In this document: in pieces, positions 24,217 through 37,977 of the stretch
Numbering within the stretch: the stretch's first letter is position 1
How the letters are laid out: every line of letters starts with the position of its first letter
Source: Xylographa opegraphella
Lineage: Eukaryota
Direction of reading: 5' to 3'
DNA length: 64,000 bases
NCBI GenBank assembly: GCA_022813865.1
Contig: JALDZX010000019.1
Span: forward strand, 62,001-126,000
Program-made: the position numbers and the translations under genes
Notes under the pieces: model-generated
The model's database searches: none
What the model saw: only the letters and a program-made list of their open reading frames with translations
What the model was told of the DNA's origin: nothing

Positions 24217-27200
24217 CTAAACAGCATTTCCGAACAATCCACCCCTTCTTTTCGGGTTGCCTCTGGATGACCGCTTCTTCGCTGGCGATCTTTTCGAGGT
24301 CTCCCCGCCGCCTTCAATGAATCTCAACAGCTCATCGACACTTCGGGAATCAATCCTGTTCAGTTCTCTAGGATCACTGCCCAAAGTGGTTCCCGCAGAC
24401 GACTGACCAACTTGAGGTTGCGGTCGAGTCCCCAACGTTATGGCCGGACTAAACTGGACGCGCCTTAGTTTCCGTGCCTGCACATCTTTGGCATGCTTGG
24501 CAATAGACACAGCATTTTGGGTGAGCTGTTCCAACCAGCTCTCCGACTCCTTGGTATTGCGGTCATCCGGTCCAAGCTTTGAGAGGAAAATGCTGTACGC
24601 ATCGCGCATTCGATTTACCGCGGCTTTGGCTTCTTGATCCAGAGCCAACGCCTGAGCCAATTGGAAGCACAATGTCGCAGTATTTACTGATTGTTTTCCA
24701 GATACCTCTTCACATATCGTAAGCGATGTCTCAAACCAGATTCTAGAGTCGTGGTAATGTTTCAGTGTTTGCAGCATGACCGCAGCATTGTTGATCGTTG
24801 TAATCGAATCAGGGTGTTTCGACCCATATATGATCTTCCACAGCTCCAGAGCATGCTTCATGTATATCAATGCAATCTTTGTGTTGCCATTCCCGTGCTC
24901 GAAGAGACCAAGATTGAGATAGCTCAGGATTGTTTCATTGGAATCGACACCGAGGGTTCGTTCTGAAACATAAACCGCTTTTCGAGCCAATTCGACCGCC
25001 GCAGTCTTTTCGTCTAGTTGATAGTATAGCATCGAAAGCTGATGGTACATTCGAGCAACCTCGGGATGCAGCACCCCGTATATCTGTTCGTGGAGCGATA
25101 GTGACTCCAACAGGAGCTCCTGACCAATTTCTTTCTGATTTTGCATCATTGACATTTTGCCAGCTTCCAAAGCTTCTTCGGCGAGTGTGCTTCTCGGGCA
25201 CGCATCTTTGACTACCGGTATAATATTCACAATATCATCCGGAGAGAACGTTGTTGGGGCGCTCAAAGAAAGAGATTCAGAAGACTGCGATGCGAGCTCA
25301 TGGTCACCGTTCTTCTTCTTTTTACGGCTGCTGACACCGTTGGAAGGTTGATTTACGCCATCTGCAGCACCATTTGTATTACCATTTGTGATTGGCTTTG
25401 AACTTGCACTGAATCGATAGTCTTTTGCTATGATCTGCAAGCCCAATTTCAAAGCTATTTCCCGAAGTAGCTGGATATGCTTTAGGTTAGCGGCCCAGTC
25501 CCGGTCAAGGATGTATCGATATCGTAAATGGACCTCAGCTTGTACCTTGACTCGTAGACTTTGTACATCAACATCTTTGAAAGACCAATCAGCATTGGGA
25601 TAGTAAGCTTGCAGTTCTTCATCAAGACACGCTTTGGGCGCTTGATTGAAATCTGCCCCCAGAAGACAGTTGAGGAGATGAGCCAAACAGGACGAAACAA
25701 AGACGGCCGGCAGCCCTCTCATATAGCGATTTGCAATATGCTTAAACGATCTTGCAATCATCTCTTGGACTGACAGCGCGTTCAAGGCTTCAAGCCGCGA
25801 ACTCTGCTCCTTCGCAAGAGTAGCAAGCTTTCCGAGGTATCTTATATTTATACCACGTTTGTGCAACAGACGTGCCAAAGAGTGACCGTCCATGGGAAAA
25901 CCTACCTCTCCTTCGCGCAAATCACGTACCTGTAAGACTGTGAGATGATGGTTTCCCAGAACACGAGAGTGGAAAGCGAGGGTGGCTTACTAGATCTGAC
26001 ATGACATTTTGACGCAGATAATCACAAACAGACCGCACTTCCCTCTCATCCCTAAGTAGTTCCTCCTTCTCTTGATCACTCTGTGGAGACTGACCACAGA
26101 AGACGTCTGGATTGAATGCTAAATCAAAGTCTGACATATCGACACGTTCTTGTAGTCCGTCGGGTTCTACTTTCTCGCCAGTGGCAGTTGGCCCAGTTCC
26201 GTCGTGGTCATGACCTACTCCATTTGTGATAGCCTTTGATTCCGCAATGCCCTTGGCGTCGGAGAGGACTTTACTGTCAACGTGTTCTGGTCCACTGGTT
26301 TGGGTTCTGCGTCGTTCGAGCTTTGCTTTGATAAATTCACCCATTTTGGAACGCCAATATGTCTCGATCAATTCTGGTCTTAGTACAGTCATCCGGTGGG
26401 GGTAGTTAGTCTCTTCGGGTTTCGCATCGGAGTCCGATACATCGCTCCAGTACTCCTCAATCCATGTAATATCCAGAGGTGAAAGTCTATACAGATCGAG
26501 AACATATTTCCTTCCGTCGGTGCCAAGCAAGCCTTTCGTCTCAACACTGCCTTCAAGCGTATGCTTCTTACCTTCTTTGTCCCACACATCATGTTTCTTG
26601 ACTATCAAATGTTTGGACAGCTTCGAGAAGACCGGTATGAAGGCTTCGTTCTCTGCAACCACGTCTCGACCTTCCACTCCGCCGTAATCGATTTGATTTT
26701 CACCCGGTTCGCGCTGCTTGAAGATCCCAGGCACAATGCTTTGTCCCACCAAGCGTTTACCAAGATAATCGACAACCACAGTACCCGGTGTGAATAATCC
26801 GTCAATATCAAGCTGGTTGACGATCCTGATCCCTGTAACGTCTTTGCCGACGGCAACACGGGCCGCATCGTCGCCACCCTCTGAAGTGAAGGTACCGACG
26901 CCATCGGCACCATAAGAAAAGAACACATTGTTATAGACGAATATCTGAGCATCACGGTTTTCTGTAGGATTGAGTGGTGCTACCTCGCCTCTAGCAACCA
27001 TGACGGCACCACGAGTAGCCGCATCCGTGTAGTCAGCGAATAACTTCGAGGTTATCCTCTCTCTGAAAACCCGATCTTGAATTGTTTCCTTGGGCAACTC
27101 GCGCGTGGACTGAAATTCCTCGTTCCAGTCTCGAAGAGTCTCTGCATTTTCAATGCCCGACATGAGGTACGTTTCTTGTGTTCTCGTGAGATCCGACTGA

Positions 27201-28421
27201 TGGGCGAGAAGAGATGATTCGGAGACCGGGACCAGCCAAGGATTAGCGGGAATAGTGTTGGTTATTTGAAAATTGGCCAGAGGATCTTTACGGTTGTTGT
27301 ATTCTTGTAGTGCAGTGAAAGACATTTGGAACGAGGGAGACAGCTTCTCAATGAGAGCCAGTAGAGAGTGGGCCGATGCGCTTTTGGGTTGTGGGCGTGG
27401 ATAAGGGTCGAATTTACTGTTGGAAGACTTGTTGACGAAGAAGCCTGAGACGTGAGAGGTGATCTGAAACTGTTCTCCTTCGTTCGTCGTAAGCTGCAGG
27501 TACAGCAGATGACCTTTTTGGCGGAGATGATGTGGAGGAGGATTCCATGCTGACACACAGATCGACTTTACAGTCTTCGAAGGGGTGTCTTTTGTTTGAG
27601 GAAGAATTGTTTGAATCGAGGCGGGCCCATTGAAGTCGTACTCAGACAAGGCATGCGAGTCCTCGGTACTGGTCGGGGCCGATGCCGATCGCCTCCCGTT
27701 CTGAAGCGTGGGGTTGAGCATCTCCGGTGGCACGATACTGTCGTGAAGTGATAATCCTGCTGATATACCATGTACGGTATCGACCCTATCTCCAGCAGCA
27801 CCGATCAGGTCTCGGACCCTTATCATATGCATACGGGCTTCTTTTTCAGTGTAAGGATCCTCGACGAGTGTCATCTCCGCCCCCGGTGCCAGTTCCTTGA
27901 CCTCGGAGAGCTCGACGTAATCGTTGACACGACTGCCATTGTATTCGAGGTGGAAGCAGGAGTACTGGAAGGTATCGGGAAATTCAACAATAGAATTTCG
28001 CAGATCTTGTACCTGTTCTTGGGTGGATACCTATGACAGAGTCAGTACGAGCTATTGGTCGTATGACAATCCATCCACACACCATGACCTGAATTTGGTA
28101 AGGTTTATGAGGTAACTTGACAACGATCTGGAACACCGCTGCAGCTGAAATCAGTCTAGATTTGCATAAAGAACGGTGGTCATCCTACGATCCAAATTTT
28201 GTTCCTCTAACCCCTTCTCCGCTTTCTCTGGATCGGAGGGCTCGTTGCTGACAGACTCTTCGGCAGGTAGCTCTGTGCCATCGTGATCACCATTGGCGAT
28301 TTCTGGAGCCATACCGGGTAGTCAGTTGCACGACTTCTTATGAGTGTCATGTCCAGTCAGGACGGAAGTCTCAGGGAGAGGACGAACCATCGGGTGTCTT
28401 CGCGTCATGATTTTGCTCCAT
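24217..28421 (-). CDS. CLU1: Clustered mitochondria protein Clu1/TIF31 (CLU domain + TPR), multi-exon
   Basis: IMVSTQEQVQDLRNSIVEFPDTFQYSCFHL, WNPPPHHLRQKGHLLYL, LRDWNEEFQSTRELP, GLLGTDGRKYVLDLYR, PMDGHSLARLLHKRGINIRYLG, TPRs (EQIYGVLHPE). The start at 28421 is inferred from splice signals. Confidence 0.95.
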
Positions 28422-29256
28422 TATAAGTTGAATTTTTATGTTACAGGTGAAGGAACGACAAAAGGTTGGAATTAGTAGCTATCGGAAGCTGTAGGTCTAT
28501 CAAAACACATGAGAGAGCTTGAGACAAGTATTTAAATGTACAAAATGAAGGGAGTATGAGACACAATGAAGCTCTCCAAATGCCATATTATTTTTCTCTT
28601 TAGACACTAGTTCGTGACGTCGGAAGTATCCGGTTCGGCGGAAGTCCCCTGCAAGAAAACCGCGCATGTTTTAGCCAGTTCCGCTCACGATGGCCCTGTT
28701 CTTTGTCAATTATCGGCCCCTTCACATCAACTGGCAATTGTTCGGCACGATGTACGAAAGATCTCGTCGAGCTGCCTGGACGCAATACAGTACGCCGTGA
28801 CTGAAGTCCCATTAGTACAAAGTTCGTCATAATACAGAATAGGTGAAGATTATAGCTGTCTCAAATGGCTAGTCACCCACTGTTTTTGGGCCGTGGGCCT
28901 CTATTATTCAAGGGCTTCCTCCAGCCACCAGCCGATCAGGGCCACTAATTCATTCCACTTTGGTGTTTTCGTCGGGAATGCCGAACTCAAACAACCACAC
29001 ACTCAGATGAGAGAGATTTTGTACTGCAGGACGGCTTTTTAGTCATAGCTACCTGATGCTCAAAATACCTTGATAATAAATGAGAAATAATCATATACCG
29101 ACTATCTATACTTGTGCAAGACCCCTTTCTTATTCATAGTAGGTAGGAGGGACCTCGAAGCCTCCATCACTCTTCTCCAGGCCAGTATTTTCAACCTCTC
29201 GGGTTGATCCTTTTCCCGGGAACCCGGTACAGTTATAGTTGTAATCACCATCATCG

Positions 29257-29499
29257 CTGCTGAGGTCAATGCAGATCTGCTGAAGTCAATGCAGATCTGC
29301 TGGAATCAATCCAATCTGCTGAAGTCAATCCAAATCCGTTGAAGTCAATCCAATCTGCTGAAGCCAATCCAAATCCGTTGAAGTCAATCCAATCTGCTGA
29401 AGTCAATTTAATCTGCTGAAGTCAATTTAATCTGCTGAAGTCAATTTAATCTGCTGAAGTCAATCCAGACCTGCTGAAGTCAACCCAGACCTGCTCAAG
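29257..29499. repeat. Degenerate minisatellite, ~12.5 units of 19-20 nt (consensus CTGCTGAAGTCAAT+CCAAT/TTAAT/GCAGAT)
   Basis: Contiguous units start at 29257, 29277, 29297, 29316, 29336, 29355, 29375, 29394, 29413, 29432, 29451, 29471 and 29491 (partial). Confidence 0.92.
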
Positions 29500-31460
29500 C
29501 TAGTAAATGAGGTTTCCGATGACCTGCCACACCCGGCACAGAGGCCAGAGAGCTTAGTGGACCATATCACCAGTCAGATGGCCGCTATCTATCGCCGGAT
29601 ATATTCCTTCGTCTCTGATTTATTGACGGGAGGTTGTAGCATCGCAAATTCTATGGACACTGCGGAGATCTTGACACATCTAGCCCTGTCCCTTCGTGCC
29701 TTTTTGAGGACTGAGGCAACATTCGGGATACGATTCGATCAATGGCTCCCCATCGGATCATGGGTGAATGATAGAGATCACGTGCATACCGGCTGTAAAC
29801 ACCGCAGAACCAGACTCCAAGAAGAGACCTCAAAAAAGGGTTTGCACGATGTCTAGTACCTTACTCAACCGAAGATGCAAAAGCCTCCATCACGCAGCCC
29901 AGAGTCATCTTCGACGATGAGCAACATGCACATTCGAACGGTCGCATTGTAGATATCCTGACCCCAACAACAGATGACGAAGCTTTGATTAGCACCCATC
30001 CTCGAGATATGATCCCCATTCCCGTGGCAGTGTCACGCATGGATCCGAATCGGCATACGCCCGGGCCACAATGGGACTAGCTCACGCCGCGTGGCTGAAG
30101 ATGGCTTGCGACGAGAAGAGAGCGAGGGGCTGCACGAAAGACGGCGGTCCATGGCGCAATAAGAACATCGGCTGCATATGATTCGTTGCACGGACCCCTG
30201 TTCCGCTGGGTGAATAGCTGGCCGCGATGCAGAGGGTCAACAATGGTACAACAATAATACTGGACGTCCTGGTACTCTGATCCTTCTGCGAGCCCGACTT
30301 TCCTTGTATTTGTTTCAGGATGAATTCTGATGGGACCGGACCGACTCACGTCAGGTGCACGGGTGCGAGGCGGAACGAATGACTTGCACGAACGATAGGC
30401 GGAAGTAAATGATGCCTATCACTCGGCCTGGACCGCCCACACGCTCGGCTTGACCCCCCTCGCCCAGAGAAGATCGGCGGCATTCGCGTGGTGGAGCGCA
30501 ATCGGCCGTGGTGCAGGCGGCTCTTTAGTAAGTCGCTCGGGGATCAGGGTTCTTCGCGTGCATCAGTCAAGTCAAGGAGGAGGAAAAGTAGTGGACTTCT
30601 AGGTGATCATCAATCGATGGCTTGTCAGGTACGAGGGCGGGGGCTGCATGTGCGTCGAGGGGGACGGTTGCCAGCTCTGTTACGAATGCTCCAGGCACCG
30701 AGTAACTGGTGAGAGGGTCCGTTATCGACGAAGCGACAATTGTGCGTGGCGGGACGACGGCCAGCTGAGGCCTACTCCGTTTTCGCCTGTGTCAAACTGT
30801 GAAAGCCCGGTGACTTCAGGAGTGATCAAGAGGACGCTGAAAGCAAGTATTCTTTTAGTAAGGTCGTCGGTAGCAACGTTCCCAGGCACTTCGCCCTTCC
30901 CACGCTTACCTTACTTACCCCGGCCCAGAGCTCGCGCGTGATGGAGCCCCGCTCCCCGTGCCATGCTCCATTCAATCGTGGGTGTGCTAAGTCGTTCTGC
31001 CCACTCAACCAAGCATTTTTATTTTCCCTATTCTCCTTCGAATTTCATCCCTTTGGAAACGTCTACCACAGGCTCGGTGCTGCTGAGGAATAGGGAATAA
31101 TACCGGCTTCACAGGGCACAGCTGCGGAAGCTGCCACATCACATGCAATTTAGCCGCTCTAAGCCCCGTTCACTCCCAAACATTCACGCCGGCACGTCCT
31201 TCTCCCCGAACATTATTCTTCATTTTCAGCTCCACGCAATCCACAGTACCACGCACAGGACAATCAGACCACAAACTCGACCCGCTCTTGCTCTTGTCTC
31301 AATCGCTCTCTCGCCCGCTTCTTGTCGTTGATTCCCACGATCTACCACCACTCGGGAGGCTGCATCGTTGATATCGTCGCCGTGCACCAACACTACCTCG
31401 ACGGCTCTCTAAGTTGTGGCTTTGCGGAGCCACCTGACGAGAGGGCCGCTGTAACTCACC

Positions 31461-33069
31461 ATGGCATCATACAAGGTAAGGCACGTCGTGGGCGAAGCAT
31501 CCCCAACGATTGCTAATCGGGTGGTGTGGCAGGAGCCTCATACTACACGCCCTCTCAGTCAAAGTCGACCAACCACGGCCACCACTCCCTCGTCGAGTGT
31601 GCCCGCTCGACATGCGACGGCGCGGAATCATTCTCATTCGGTGTCCCTCGGCACCTTCAATGCAACGCACCGTGTCACACGGCGGAAGAGCATGACATCC
31701 AATGCGGCCAACAATATTGCTGCAGTGGCTGCGGCCATAAGTGGATATGATGGCGCGTCTCTTGGCGCTCTCGTGTCGTCGGATGGTCGTCCGTCGATAG
31801 CAAGGCCGAATGGTGGAAGGCTTGGGCACGACCCCATAACGACGGCGCAGGCGGCCCTCGGCAAGACCAGCCGCTACACCACCGTCGATCAGCAAGGTAT
31901 GGACCATCTGAACGTTTCAGATGAGGTGATGGAGGATGATAGTACCACGGTTTATGGCAACGGGGTGCCTGAGCAGAACAAAGACAGCTCCAAAGCCAGA
32001 GCTCGTAGGGCGAGTGAAGGAGCGTACCTCACGAAGACCGATGGCAAGCGAGCAAGCGGAGAGTTGAGATGTGAAAAATGCGGGAAAGGATATAAGCACA
32101 GCAGCTGCTTGTCAAAGCATCTGTTAGTCTTCCTGACCTTCATTCTCCCGCATACTTTCTCATCATAAGCTATCCTCGTCGCCCTCTCCGTCGATTCGGA
32201 TGAGCCTTGATCGTCCATCTTGCCTGCACACCTTTCTCGGCACTATGCTAACACGTTGCAGTTGGGAGCATACCCCGGAGTGGTCGTATACCTCCAAGCT
32301 GCTGATATCAAAACATCAGCAAGTCCAGCTTCTGGAGGCCGCCCAAGTGCTGGTCACGATGAATCAAGACGCAGTGCCTGCTGCCGAATCAGCGAAAGCG
32401 AGCGACAGTGACAATTCATCTGCCTCTCCGGTGCCGTTCACGCCGTCGGATCCGGACGATGACGATGAGGTGAGTTCGGTGGAGACCAGTCCGCCGCCGA
32501 CGAGCGAGCAAGCGGATTTCACGAGCTACGATGAACTGCGGAATGCGAAACGGTACAGCAACAATAGTTCCGTGTTTTCCCGATCCTATCAGTCCGCCCC
32601 GTCCACGTCTTTTGCGCCAAGCAGTGTCCCGACTGCCGCATCCTACGGCAGCTTTCGCCAATTCGGCTACCAGCGGCGGCCGTCGACCCCAGGCATCAGC
32701 GCATTAGGGCATGGCGCTTCGGAAGAAGATACCGCCCTTGCCGCCGCGGTTGAGCTGTGTCACTTCAACGGCACGCCAAGGACTGGGCCCACCCTGATGG
32801 ATGACATACCTCCCGTGCCGCCGCTTCCAGCTCGGTATGCTTCCCATAATGCCCACCGGCCTGTGAGCGGCACGGGCTACTTGGGGATGCAGGATCTCGG
32901 CCTCCCACCACCCTTGACTCACCGCCTCTCCGACGAGCGAAGCAGCAAAGTCCACCACAACGTCCCGCACGCGACCGACGACGACGAAGAATACTTCGAC
33001 CAACGTTCCGTCTCTCGCGGCCGCAGCGACGAAGACGACGACGGCGTTTTCGGTCGCATGGAAGAGTGA
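31461..33069 (+). CDS. Single C2H2 zinc-finger protein
   Basis: LRCEKCGKGYKHSSCLSKHL|WEHTPEWSYTSKLLISKHQQVQLLEAA, joined across intron ~32122-32261. A probable in-frame first intron lies at ~31476-31532. Ends DDGVFGRMEE. Confidence 0.88.
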
Positions 33070-33540
33070 CTGCGCTTCCGCTGCAGTATTCTCGCCCCCC
33101 TCCTGCATGCCATCACATGACTTACATCAACATTTTTTTACATCTTCTGGAAATTCCATCACGAAACGAAAGCATCCGGAGGGAGCAGCCGGGTTCCTTG
33201 TCACTATACACATACGAATCAAACATGCCCATCTATGCGCCTGCGCGCCGGTGCGCCTGTCTCCGCAGCACGATCTCTATCACCGAAGAGTGGGGCCCCG
33301 CGCCACACGAGGTTAAAGTGGAGATCTGTCCTCGAGCGTTGAGCGGCCACCTTTGCTTTATTTTTTTTCTCTGACTGGCACAATGGTCTCTGATGTCATT
33401 TACGGGGTTGGGATGGGGGAGGGAGAGGGGTTGTGTAGTTGGATATGTAGCTAGCTAGCTAGATGGGTACATACCCCCGAGCGCAGCTGGGAGCCATATG
33501 TAGAACTTGACGCCTGGCTGTGATGGCATGACTTGGCCGT

Positions 33541-33671
33541 GATTATTATATATTGAAGTTGCCTATCCCATATTATATTGGAAGGACATGTAAAGGATGT
33601 GATGCCACGACTCCGCTGTGACTATTATATATTGGAGTGCCTATCCCATATTATATTTGAAGGACATTTAA
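33541..33671. repeat. Two imperfect ~50-nt AT-rich direct repeats
   Basis: ..TATTATATATTG(A/G)AG(T)TGCCTATCCCATATTATATT(G/T)GAAGGACAT occurs at ~33541-33590 and ~33620-33668. Confidence 0.85.
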
Positions 33672-33777
33672 CCTTAACAACTCACTATAATACCACGAAC
33701 TCAACCATGACTAGCACATCATAGACTGACTATCAGCAATCAAACCACCTCCCCTCCTTCCCCCCTTCTAACCCTCC

Positions 33778-35990
33778 TCAANCCCCCCCATCCCTCTCCC
33801 TAACCCACCGCACAACCCTCCCCCCCACATCGCCCACCAACCCCTCATAATGCACTTTGCCCGCGACAAACAAGCCACAATGCGCGCCCACCTCGTCCAC
33901 GCCGCGCATGAACACGCGCGGCCAGCACGCATCGCGCTCTTGGCCCTTGCCGCGCGGCGGCAGCATGCAGAATTTGCGGTCACGGGGCGGGGGCTGCTGC
34001 TGCTGCTGCTGTGGGAGGGCGGGTTGGGGAGGCCGCTCCTGCTCGTCCTCGTGCGCGTTATGCGTCTTCAGGCGAGCGGCGTCGTCTTTGCGCCGCTTCT
34101 TCTCGTCCGCTCGGGCAGCTTGCAGGGCAGCCTTGTCCCGCTTCGCGAGCAAGTGGCGCCGGGCGGCGATGGCGCGGTCGCGGTCGCGGACGGCGCGCTG
34201 GTGCGTCTTGACTAGGTGGGCGTGGGCGCGCTGGGCGAGCTTGAGGGTGTCTTTGGAGGGGTAGGGAGTTGGATCGAAATGGGAGGGAGGGGAGGGGACG
34301 GGGGGGAGGGGGGGGAGAGTTGGGGAGGAGGGGGAGGGGGGGGAAGAGGGTTCTGAGGGGGCGGGGAGGGCGGAGGTGGTTGATGGGGGAGGGGGGGGTT
34401 CGTGGGTGCTGTTGTTGTTGTCCTCGTCGTCGTCATCGTCGTGCGGTGGGGCTTCGTCGTCAGTGGTGGGGTCGGGGGCGAGGTGGGCCATGGAATGGGT
34501 TTGAAGAGCGTGCGGCTCTTCCTCCGCTGGATCTGCGTCCTCGTCTGCGTCTGCCTCGACGTGAGCGCCGGCGGGGTCCTCAATCGAGATGCGCGGGCTG
34601 CGCGAGGCGGAGCGCGTGCTGGCGTCGCTGGCGGCCGACAGGGTGGCTCGTTGGAGGCAGTCCTCCAGCCCGGCAGTCGTGCCGTCGAGTTGCTGCTGCT
34701 CCGGGTGCGCTTTCACCTTGGCGGTGGGAGACGCCGCTCTGCCCGTGCTGGCGGTGTAGTAGTTGACGAACCTGATCCTGCGGGGTGGCCGGTACTCCTG
34801 CATCGACTCCGGCCGGGATTCGTCGACATCCTCGAGGGCTCGCAGCCGCTCGTAGCGGGCCTTGAGGCCCCGGTAATCGGCAAGGGCGCCGCCGAATTCG
34901 AGATGGGAGGTCACGTAGGACTTGGTGGCTTTGGTCAGGCCGTCGGAGTGCTTCATGATGAAGTGCAGGGTGCTGTCCCAGCCCTTGCGGACGGGGAGGC
35001 GGACGTCGTTCGGGAAGGGAGGGTCGAAGTTGGGGTCGTTGATGGGTGTTGCTAGTGGGGATAGTGAGGATACGGGAGATCGTAAGCTTTCCGCGGTTTG
35101 GTCGGGAAAGTATCCCGAACTGGGGGAATCTTCCCTTCCTGGCGTCGGCAGTAGCCCGCTTCCGGCGAAGGTACCATTTGGAGTCGCGAGCTGCTGAGGC
35201 ATCGGCATCAAGGCAATGACTGCCTCGGTACCATCCACTGGCTTCAAGGTTGGAGAAGCTGGCTTAGCCTTGAATAGAGATCCGATGCCACTCACGATGA
35301 CGCCTGGGTGCATCCCCAGGAACGGGGTGTCAAAGTTGATGGTTCCTAGGATGCGGTGCCGGTATGTTCGGCGATCTGCAGCTGAATATGGGGCCAGCAA
35401 GGCCACCTCGGCGGACAGTATGCCTCCCATACTATGGCCAAGGAGGATGACATCCGTCTCAGGCGTCTCATTTGGATACAGCCTGCATGCTTGTTTCAGT
35501 ATGTTTCCTGGGAAGGAAACAATAGGTCTTACCAGTTGCTAAAATCATCCCGGGCGTAGTCAACCGCTTTCCTGGACTTATATCGCGGGTAGATTTTGGT
35601 ATGCACGGTATGCGTATCCGCCAGTCTCGTGGTGACGAGATTATGAATATGTGCAGGAAAAGACTGGAAGGAAGTTTCATTGCCTAGGAAGCCATGTATA
35701 AAGATGAGAAGTAGTGTTCGTCGACCAGCCCTTCCTTCGCCAGATGGGACTAAAGATTCAGTTGATCGCTGTCGTGGGTCTTGTCCAGACCATGAATGCG
35801 TCAACGGCTGTGATTTATATTCAGACGCCGTTCTTTCATAGGGAGGAGGGTCGGGCAGGACAGGCCTCAGCAAAGCTGATGCTGCTCTTGGAGGAAGAGG
35901 CGGGGGAACACCGTGCGGAGGGGCAATGGGTTGCTGCGTGCCGGGACGATATGTCGTACCCGTGAAGGATTGGTCTTTTTGGAAGCCCAT
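33778..35990 (-). CDS. DUF676-like alpha/beta-hydrolase (putative serine esterase/lipase) with a low-complexity C-terminus
   Basis: LLIFIHGFLGNETSF, nucleophile elbow ILLGHSMGGIL, FDTPFLGMHPG, RKFCMLP...VDEVGAHCGLF; one intron ~35485-35532. There is an N base at 33782 near the stop. Confidence 0.85.
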
Positions 35991-36339
35991 TCTATGCAGC
36001 TACGAGAGAGCGGCTGATAACTATGGAAAGACGAATGCCATCATGCCCTGGAAGTGCTGCTGCTGATCAGCACCGAATGATCGCGGGGCATGTATTGACG
36101 ATCTTTTGCTCCAAACGAGGTCGGGGTAGCTATTTTCGACGGCGAGACACCCTTGTCATGTACCTGATCTCTATTTATCTGGGTAGGTATGCTCCGTTGC
36201 TAGGGCTTGGTTTTGGGCGATGTTGCCTTGTGGTTCGAAGCCGGTATTGATTCACTGGCTTCTGCTTGGCAAGCCCCATTTCCACACTTTGGCCAGTACT
36301 CGGTTTCATAGTTGTCTTCGTTTCTGCCTGGAAAGTTGC

Positions 36340-36874
36340 ATGCGAATGGACTCGGAACCGTACCGAATTGCCGGTCGTGGTGGTGCAGGAAATTACTTCA
36401 GTCACGAGCAGATCGAAGCTCAAAAGCAAAACGCTTCAAAGGTGGTTCTACATAAGTGCAACCTAGGTTACACGACTAAATCGAACATAGGATGTCGAGG
36501 CCCAAGCATCCTCGGAGCCGATTCCAGAGCGCTCTATCGGCCGCCCACCACCCAAGTACGCCCTCTCTGGTCGAGGAGGATTAGGTAACCTATTTTCACC
36601 TCAAGAAGTTTCGCAAGCTGTTCCAGCCGCCACTGGATCCAACCCACCAACACTTGTCACTGCCAGTGCAAAGTCAAGTTACAGTGGTCGAGGTGGTGCA
36701 GGTAATTACGAGAATAATTCCCGAATCAACGAGGCCCACGAGACGACGAAGAGAGGAGAAATGGCCGACCAAACGCGCAAACGAGTGGAGGCCGTGACCA
36801 AAGAAGTCGAAGCGGAGCTGAAGGCGCCGGAACGAGCGCATCTCGCGCCAGAACAATCGTCAGAAGGCGACTGA
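36340..36874 (+). CDS. Small protein with three GRGG(A/L)GN repeats (DUF3602-like)
   Basis: IAGRGGAGNY, SGRGGLGNL and SGRGGAGNY; intron 36442-36490; stop TGA at 36872-36874. Confidence 0.75.
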
Positions 36875-37003
36875 AATGTTCGTCACCCAGTACCTTGTGG
36901 AGTTGCAGCAATTGACAATATGACTTCTGGTTGATATTCGAGTCCTCTTAAAAACTCCGCAACGCCACGCTGTAGAGTCACGCGGAAGTGAAGGCCACCC
37001 ACT

Positions 37004-37759
37004 TCAATCGACATCCATGTCTTCCACACCACCACCCACCAACAACCTTTGCTTGAGTTTCTGTTTGCTCTTCTCTTGCGAAACCTGCACGGTCATTCTC
37101 TCTTCGTCCATCTCCTCCAAAGCCATTCTCTCGCTGGCCCTTTGCCTGGGTAGAAGATGCTCGTTCTCCGCAACCAGTTTCCGGTCCGCCTCTCGTTGCC
37201 TCTCTTTATTGCCAGCCATTCTCTTCTTATAAAAAGCCCTTTCTCGCTTAGCGCGAATCTCCGAGATCCGTTCCATCGCCTTGAGTGTGGTCTCAATGTG
37301 GTCACGATTGTATCTGACGGGAATATTCCGGCGGGCTGCAAAAGTGAGAGTGGTGTCCACGATCATTTCCTTCCCCGCAGACTTTCTGAAAGCTTTCGTC
37401 CATTTGAGCTGTGATCGATGTTAGAGATGATGCTCCATAGGCAGGAACCAGAATGATTGAACGGACCTTGCGCGGGTTTCTCTTCATTTTAAACTACAAT
37501 TCCGTCGTCAGCGTTGTCCGTCAATAAACTCAAAGATCCTTGTACATTTTTATGACATTTACTCCTGCAGAACTTAAATACGCGGGCATCATTGCGCACA
37601 AACGTTATGCCTGTAGCAACTTAGTAACCCCCGAATGCCGATATAGCTCAGATTCCAACCTTTGGAGGGGTAGCAGGGCTGCGAACAGAAATAACAGGTC
37701 TCAATCCTTTCTCTCTGTCAGTGGGTACAGATGATCAAAGAACTTGGAAATTACCTCAT
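37004..37759 (-). CDS. RLP24: Ribosome biogenesis protein Rlp24 (5 exons)
   Basis: Spliced: [83 protein letters not shown]. Confidence 0.95.
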
Positions 37760-37977
37760 CTTTATAGTCCTTCTTGGAGATTATGAGCATAATAAACGTT
37801 AAAGTAGTGGAACAAAAGCTCTCAAGAATTTCAACATCCCGCTAATGTGTTAGGGCTGCTACTAGTGGCGAATAGGCGAACAGCTGGAAAAAGTTTTGAC
37901 CGGGTCATACATAGGTGCGTTCCTTTGCTCAGATACCCAACCACCCTCACACAACTCCATTCTCCTCAATCTACATC

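Noticed and set aside
29257..29499. CRISPR-like appearance of repeated 19-20-mers
   Set aside because: Units are contiguous with no unique spacers, there are no cas genes, and the context is eukaryotic.
34260..34400. G-run tract suggesting a G-quadruplex element
   Set aside because: Explained by Pro/Ser codons of the DUF676 gene on the opposite strand.
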